Below, piece by piece: positions 35,932 through 41,019 of a stretch of DNA of 41,019 nucleotides (position 1 is the stretch's first letter; each line of letters opens with the position of its first letter). The translations under genes and the position numbers were made by a program. The stretch lies in IMG/VR virus record IMGVR_UViG_2671180770_000025, one strand, 5' to 3'. A model generated the notes under the pieces. That model searched no databases. It had not been told where the DNA came from and was given only the letters and a program-made list of their open reading frames with translations. The stretch is from a virus. Its lineage: Duplodnaviria > Heunggongvirae > Uroviricota > Caudoviricetes.

Positions 35932-37821
35932 TTAATCGTGTTTTGGCCATACTTTCAATGCAATTTCCCCCAACTTTTTACCCCGCTCCAGGATTTCATC
36001 CTCATCCCATTTATCCTTAACTATAAGTGGAATGTTCAGTCGTAGATTGGTGTGGACGATGAGAGCATCACGTTTTTTCAGAAATACAGCATTCTGAACA
36101 GAACGGTTTACGCTAAGGTTAAGCAAAGTTAGATTTCCCAACGTAGCTATCGCTTGTTGCCGTTTCCTTACCAGTAGCTGTTCAGGGGTAAGATCGGTTC
36201 CAGACAGAACAATTTGGTTCAATACCGTAGCATCTGAATTTGTCACCATATGACCATTTTCGAGAGGCCAACAGGAATACCAACTTTGAGGCATAAGATG
36301 ATCGATATCGAGGTTAGAAAGATTTGGAACATCAGGCTTCTCTGTCTTCACTTGGCGACAAAGTTCTCTTTCAAGTTCCGTTAACATTGAGCGCATTTTC
36401 GGTGCGTCGAGCCTGCCAGGATAAAGTGGAGCATTGATGCAAGCGTTGAGAAATTCTGAGTCCCCAGGCCAACGTGAGGCTTCGCCATTTAAGCTATTGA
36501 GGATATTACGTAACTCAACACTGGAAATTTCCGTTTTAGACAAGTGCCGCAATACATTCATAAATACATTGTTGTAATTCTTTGGCGTCAGGCCACATAC
36601 GGCTCTTCGTACTACGTAGGAGACAAGATCATTATACATGGCTGCTTTCTCATCATCGGCGATGTTAGCTATCGAAATGAACAAAGCAAGCGGATAAAGT
36701 GTCGTCACATCATAGGCTGCGATGCGATGTCCAAAGTGTGAGATGGGGGTTGTGCCAAAACCACCAACCAATTCTTTATATTGTGATGCATATTGTTTGA
36801 GGCGCTTTACTTGCAGATCTGCTCGTTGTGAAGGCAAGTCCTTACTTACATAATCACGATACTCATTGTAAAGACGAGACAGATCGATTTCACGTTGCCT
36901 TTCTGATTGCAATGTCGCATGCACTAGCCACTCCATGCGTGGTTTATTAATACGACCACGACGTTGTCTTTCTGACCAGTACGTATCTTCAAAGATCTTC
37001 CACTCATTCTCATATAATTCAACAGCATTAATATTTTCATGTTCAGCGCACATAAAAATATAATTGCGAATAAGATCTGTGGCATGAAGTTCCGCACCTC
37101 TGCCATTTAATGTTTCAAAAATTATTTGAGCGTCATCTTCAGCCTCGAGAAATATGCTTACTAGTTTCAGATCCGTCAAGACAGCCTCAATTAATGCTAC
37201 AGCATTTTCTCGTGGTGAGTGATTTTCTATTTTAATCCACTTTATAAAGGCTTCAGTAAAAAAACATAATGCTTCTAGTGATGGCGGGTGATTAAAATGC
37301 TTACGCAACGTACCATGCTGCGTGAAACTATCAGAGAATACATTCCGGATATCGTCAATATTTTCAACATTAAAACTTTGAATAAAATGAGTTTGATCCC
37401 GAAAAGTTGGCCACAGTTTGAAGCGCTCTACTTCTTTATTTCGCATTGTGTCTTCGTTTGAGTTTTTCAGGCAAGACGAAATGAGAGGCTCTAAGTTGGA
37501 AAGATCTGTCGCACGTAATGCTAATCGGATGGATGCCAGAACATATTGAAGAGTGGTCAATCGTTGCTGACCATCAATAATATGTATGGAATCTACACCT
37601 AATAATCCTTTTTTTGGTTGAGGTTCCAGTACCACTGCACCAAGGAAATGGGGAGTTGGTTTTGTACCCGAGAGCCGGGATTGTGCTTTCTCTAGGATAT
37701 CCTCCAGTAGAGCTGACCATTGGTTTCGCTGAGTCCATACATAGGCACGTTGATAGAATGGAACGCAGTATTGTCGGCGGTCTTGAAAAAGTTGTTGGAC
37801 AGTTAGCGTCTCGGATTTCAT
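35932..37821 (-). CDS. DUF262/DUF1524 two-domain nuclease (GmrSD-like, candidate type IV restriction / anti-phage enzyme); start may be 37881
   Basis: N-terminal DUF262 motifs (VPFYQRAYVWT, IIDGQQRLTTL); C-terminal DUF1524-like His-Me motif (NLDIDHLMPQSW); about 40% GC cargo. Confidence 0.7.
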   Translation of the reverse strand: MKSETLTVQQLFQDRRQYCVPFYQRAYVWTQRNQWSALLEDILEKAQSRLSGTKPTPHFLGAVVLEPQPKKGLLGVDSIHIIDGQQRLTTLQYVLASIRLALRATDLSNLEPLISSCLKNSNEDTMRNKEVERFKLWPTFRDQTHFIQSFNVENIDDIRNVFSDSFTQHGTLRKHFNHPPSLEALCFFTEAFIKWIKIENHSPRENAVALIEAVLTDLKLVSIFLEAEDDAQIIFETLNGRGAELHATDLIRNYIFMCAEHENINAVELYENEWKIFEDTYWSERQRRGRINKPRMEWLVHATLQSERQREIDLSRLYNEYRDYVSKDLPSQRADLQVKRLKQYASQYKELVGGFGTTPISHFGHRIAAYDVTTLYPLALFISIANIADDEKAAMYNDLVSYVVRRAVCGLTPKNYNNVFMNVLRHLSKTEISSVELRNILNSLNGEASRWPGDSEFLNACINAPLYPGRLDAPKMRSMLTELERELCRQVKTEKPDVPNLSNLDIDHLMPQSWYSCWPLENGHMVTNSDATVLNQIVLSGTDLTPEQLLVRKRQQAIATLGNLTLLNLSVNRSVQNAVFLKKRDALIVHTNLRLNIPLIVKDKWDEDEILERGKKLGEIALKVWPKHD

Positions 37822-38554
37822 GGTATACCTGTAAGCGACATTGTACAAAAGTGAGGAGTTAATCTGATTTAGAACAATCATTTTATGTTGCTATGATACA
37901 ACGTATTTGTTACCGGTTAAGTAAAAAACGCGTCTGAACGCTGACGTTTTAGGGCTTTACTAGTTATTCTTTCTTATCTCTTCATCATCCCATCGGCATC
38001 CTGTCGAGGTTGTTGACTTGTTGTTATTTATTTTGTTTAGGCGCTGTTTAATTATTATTGATGGGACTGGTGGTGAGAGGTGATTGAAACCGCAGACAGG
38101 TCGTATGCAAGACGTGCTGCGGTTGGCTGGTAAATGTTAGATAGTGCGAGTATTGAATGATTTCTAGCCGTTATTGATTTTACGTATTTTTGTATGAGAG
38201 GATTTGCATCTCCTGCCACCGACCCTCCATGACTTTACGCCACTGTCTCTAGGGCTGCTATGTGCCAAAAGCGGAAGTTGAGGGGGGATGGCAAGCACTC
38301 GTATCGTGGCAAAATTTTGGCTACCGCTTCTCCCGGTCGCAACCGATTTAGTTGACTATGGCGCGTGTGTTAATCAACGGGGAGGAAGTTAGAGGAAACA
38401 ATAAATAAAGACATAACCGTCTGTTTTTATTTAAATTATTGACTGATGCGAGGAGTTGAACTTCCGATACCCCATGATATCTTACTTAGATAGTGAGATG
38501 ATCTAAGATACACTATATAAGTTACAATCTAGCCGGAGATGTAGGAGGGAGTAT

Positions 38555-39358
38555 ATGGGGTATGATTATAAAGAGCATATTAGCAATGCTAAGAGGCTCT
38601 ATGAAATTGGGGATAACGCTTCTTTAAGATACTGTGCATTGGAATTGAGATTTGCAATTGAGTGCCATGTATATATTCAATTAAGAGCAGGGCTAGGAAC
38701 AATTCCAGAGACGGTAATTAACACATGGCAACCACCTCAAGCAATAAAATCTTTATGCATGTTTGAGGAAACAGCAGATCAGGATTTAAAAGTAACTATA
38801 ACTTGTGATGACTCTAATGAGATAACAGCAAACTATAAAAATATTAAGTATAAGGACCTTAATAAATGGTATAATACCCTTGGGAGTTTTTTACATCAAC
38901 CAACCATAAAAAAGCAAGAATTTCAAGTAGATAAAGATAAACTAAATTCGATATTATCGAATTTAGCTGAACTGTGCGATCATCAGCTCATAACATTTCA
39001 TCGTGGTTATGAGAAAATAAAATGTGAAAAATGTAAAAAGGAAATTATTTTTACTAAAAATTACGTGAAAAAAAATAATAAAATAGATTGCCAAAATGCT
39101 GGTTGCCATAATTATGTTATTATTAGACTTGCCCCGGATGGTACATATGAATCACTCCAATCTGCTGTAGTAGCTTGCTTTATATGTGGTGAAAAAAACC
39201 ACATCTCATTATGCGACATGGAGGATGGAGCAGAGTTATATTGCAAGACGTGTAAAAATAAACATGTAATTAAAAAAGCTATTTTCTCCCAAGACAAAGT
39301 TGTTCCCATACCTGAATTTACTTTCGAAAACTCATTGTTGGTTGAGGACAAAGAGTAA
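38555..39358 (+). CDS. Hypothetical 267-aa protein: helical N-terminal region with R-x5-H motif, C-terminal double zinc-ribbon-like region
   Basis: Very AT-rich; ELRFAIECH fits Rx4-6H; CEKCKK...CQNAGCH and CFICGE...CKTCKNKH Cys clusters; no recognised family. Confidence 0.5.
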   Translation: MGYDYKEHISNAKRLYEIGDNASLRYCALELRFAIECHVYIQLRAGLGTIPETVINTWQPPQAIKSLCMFEETADQDLKVTITCDDSNEITANYKNIKYKDLNKWYNTLGSFLHQPTIKKQEFQVDKDKLNSILSNLAELCDHQLITFHRGYEKIKCEKCKKEIIFTKNYVKKNNKIDCQNAGCHNYVIIRLAPDGTYESLQSAVVACFICGEKNHISLCDMEDGAELYCKTCKNKHVIKKAIFSQDKVVPIPEFTFENSLLVEDKE

Positions 39359-39586
39359 CATCAAGTTGTTTGTAGAGCTTGCTTGACCTGCTCCCCGTTG
39401 ATTAATACATATTTCTGCTGGTCATATCATTATTTTGAGCCTGACGGCTTGATCAACTCAGTCCGCTGTTCGCTCATAGCGGACCTTACAACCACCTGAT
39501 TGGTCCGTTCCGTGTCAGGAGCGGATACCGTAAGCATTTTATCCTCTGGAGGGGCATCCCTTTCAAGAAATGCATCCGTTGTGGAT

Positions 39587-40018
39587 TTATGCAACACCTG
39601 AAGCTACTAACAAAGAACAATTTGTCTGACCAAAGGCATTTTTTAGCAGCGGGAAAAGAGGGGGAAGTTCCGTTAGCGATTTTAGAGGCTTGAGGCTCTT
39701 AAGTGATTTAAGTGATGGCAAATTAGGTGTGGTAACCATGTCTTTTACTGCACAGGCAACATAGCCATCGTGATCAATCAACATACCATTAGTAAACCAG
39801 CCTAAATGATTCCCATTGAATCCATAAACATCAAACTCATTGTTCTGGTTATGTTTAAGGTAGGCGCTTGGTTCACCCTCCCAACTATATAAAGTCAACT
39901 CGTCATCAAGTGAAATATAAACGACGGCGTTGCCTTGATTATCATATAGATCTAGGTCATTACTCGCAGTAACACAAGCTGAGAAAAGAAACATAACTAG
40001 CACGAGTGATTTTTTCAT
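39587..40018 (-). CDS. Secreted hypothetical protein with C-terminal LKS repeat (143 aa)
   Basis: N-terminal signal peptide MKKSLVLVMFLFSACVTA; C-terminal PSLKSLKSLKPLKSL repeat encoded by a short tandem DNA repeat. Confidence 0.45.
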   Translation of the reverse strand: MKKSLVLVMFLFSACVTASNDLDLYDNQGNAVVYISLDDELTLYSWEGEPSAYLKHNQNNEFDVYGFNGNHLGWFTNGMLIDHDGYVACAVKDMVTTPNLPSLKSLKSLKPLKSLTELPPLFPLLKNAFGQTNCSLLVASGVA

Positions 40019-40353
40019 AACTTCTCAAGTTTCTTAGAAAGGAAAAGTTCGAACATTCTATCAAAATTATGAGGACACTAACTTCCGATTTTCGCTCATA
40101 ACAGACATTCACTACAGTTATGGTAGAAGGTATGCATGCTGGGTGGGGAAAGTATGAAGGAAAAGAAGACTGCTGCGCCGTTTGTCGTCACGTTTATCTT
40201 CATTGGCTATGCAAGTCGTAATACAAGGTGGGACAAAACTGAGACACATAAGGCCTCGCAATGGCTTGCAAGGCTTTACATGTTTTGATGTGGTGGGACG
40301 TGTGAGCGCAGTGTTGATGGGGTAATGCTTTGAATTAGAAGCGGATTCTTATA

Positions 40354-40399
40354 ATTCGTAATGCGAAGGTCGTAGGTTCGACTCCTATTATCGGCACCA
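40354..40399 (+). other. attR: 46-nt 3' partial copy of tRNA-Thr (thrW-like, anticodon CGU) from anticodon loop to CCA
   Basis: attcgtaatgcgaaggtcgtaggttcgactcctattatcggcacca matches the 3' portion of E. coli thrW as recalled; the 5' half of the tRNA is absent here. Confidence 0.7.
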
Positions 40400-40563
40400 T
40401 CCCCACTTCTTCAAACGTCCGTATTTGTCCATAAGCATACTGTTTTATAAAAGATTTTTTGTTATCGTTGTCCGTGTTAGTCCATAACCTTCCAGTAGAA
40501 TCCAGTACTAAATGTGTATAGGATTATGTATATGTTCCTGTTCGATTTTGGAATTCTATACAC

Positions 40564-41019
40564 ATGCCCCTAAATGATATGCAGATTCGCCGTGCTAAAC
40601 CTGAAGCTAAAGCCTATACACTTGGGGATGGGCAAGGGTTGTCTTTACTTGTAGAGCCAAATGGAAGTAAAAGCTGGCGATTTCGTTATCGCTATGCAGG
40701 TAAACCTAAAATGATCTCGCTTGGTGTTTATCCAACGATCACACTTGCTGAAGCTCGCGCCCGCCGTGATGAGGCCAGAAAAATAGTGGCCGAGGGAAAA
40801 AATCCTAGTGAGGTTCGAAAAGAACAAAAATTAGCATTACGAATTCAATCTGAGAACGCATTCGAAAAGATTGCCAGAGAGTGGCATCAGATGAAGTCGG
40901 CAAAATGGTCTGCTGGGTATGCCTCAGATATTATTGAGGCGTTCCAAAATGATATTTTTCCGTATGTAGGGACGAGGCCTGTAGGGGAAATTAAACCGCT
41001 AGAAGGCTTTGTTGAATAA
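40564..41019 (+). CDS. P4-type tyrosine integrase, N-terminal part (runs off the window end)
   Basis: MPLNDMQIRRAKPEAKAYTLGDGQGLSLLVEPNGSKSWRFRYRYAGKPK is a typical P4-like integrase N-terminus; just downstream of the tRNA fragment. Confidence 0.75.
   Translation: MPLNDMQIRRAKPEAKAYTLGDGQGLSLLVEPNGSKSWRFRYRYAGKPKMISLGVYPTITLAEARARRDEARKIVAEGKNPSEVRKEQKLALRIQSENAFEKIAREWHQMKSAKWSAGYASDIIEAFQNDIFPYVGTRPVGEIKPLEGFVE

Larger units (their letters stand above)
1..40399. mobile_element. Mosaic temperate prophage (P22-like int/xis, lambdoid immunity/replication/Q/lysis, HK97-like head, Mu-like contractile tail); left boundary outside the window, right boundary at the tRNA-Thr 3' fragment
   Basis: Contiguous phage modules in canonical order with translationally coupled genes; integrase at the left edge and a 46-nt partial tRNA-Thr copy at 40354..40399. 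Confidence 0.85.

Noticed and set aside
40321-40399. Complete tRNA gene
   Set aside because: Only the 3' 46 nt match tRNA-Thr; the sequence upstream of 40354 does not form the acceptor or D arms, so this is a partial copy (att site).

Overview
Almost the whole window (1 to about 40399) is one mosaic temperate prophage; its left end (attL and the intact tRNA) lies just outside the window start. Gene content, left to right: a P22-like integrase and excisionase; five leftward early genes whose lengths and order (101/120/178/274/120 aa) match E. coli CPS-53 yfdT-yfdS-yfdR-yfdQ-yfdP; an immunity region with a CI-type repressor, operators and Cro; a replication initiator with embedded iterons; a nin-like block (Dam methylase, LexA-DBD-only protein, RusA, KilA-N, DUF968); antiterminator Q with a late promoter and terminator; a lambda-like lysis cassette (S, R, Rz/Rz1); an HK97-like packaging and head module (HNH, TerS, TerL, portal, protease, capsid); and a Mu-like contractile tail ending in a Pin/Gin-type invertible tail-fibre segment. 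The invertase gene is truncated after 42 codons, and from that point (about 35837) to a 46-nt 3' fragment of tRNA-Thr (40354..40399, interpreted as attR) lies AT-rich cargo: a DUF262/DUF1524 GmrSD-like nuclease, an uncharacterised 267-aa Cys-rich protein and a secreted repeat protein. This cargo block is the best candidate for an undescribed defence locus. Other AT-rich morons with their own signals sit in the immunity region, downstream of Q, after the lysis genes and inside the tail operon. Three coding anomalies are visible: a -1 frameshift splitting the tail sheath gene, a programmed -1 slippery site (T_TTT_TTC) in the tail chaperone, and a prohead protease whose conserved N-terminal motif lies upstream of any canonical start codon. 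A second, P4-like integrase gene begins after the tRNA fragment and runs off the window. All identifications rest on motif recall and sequence reading; no database search was run.
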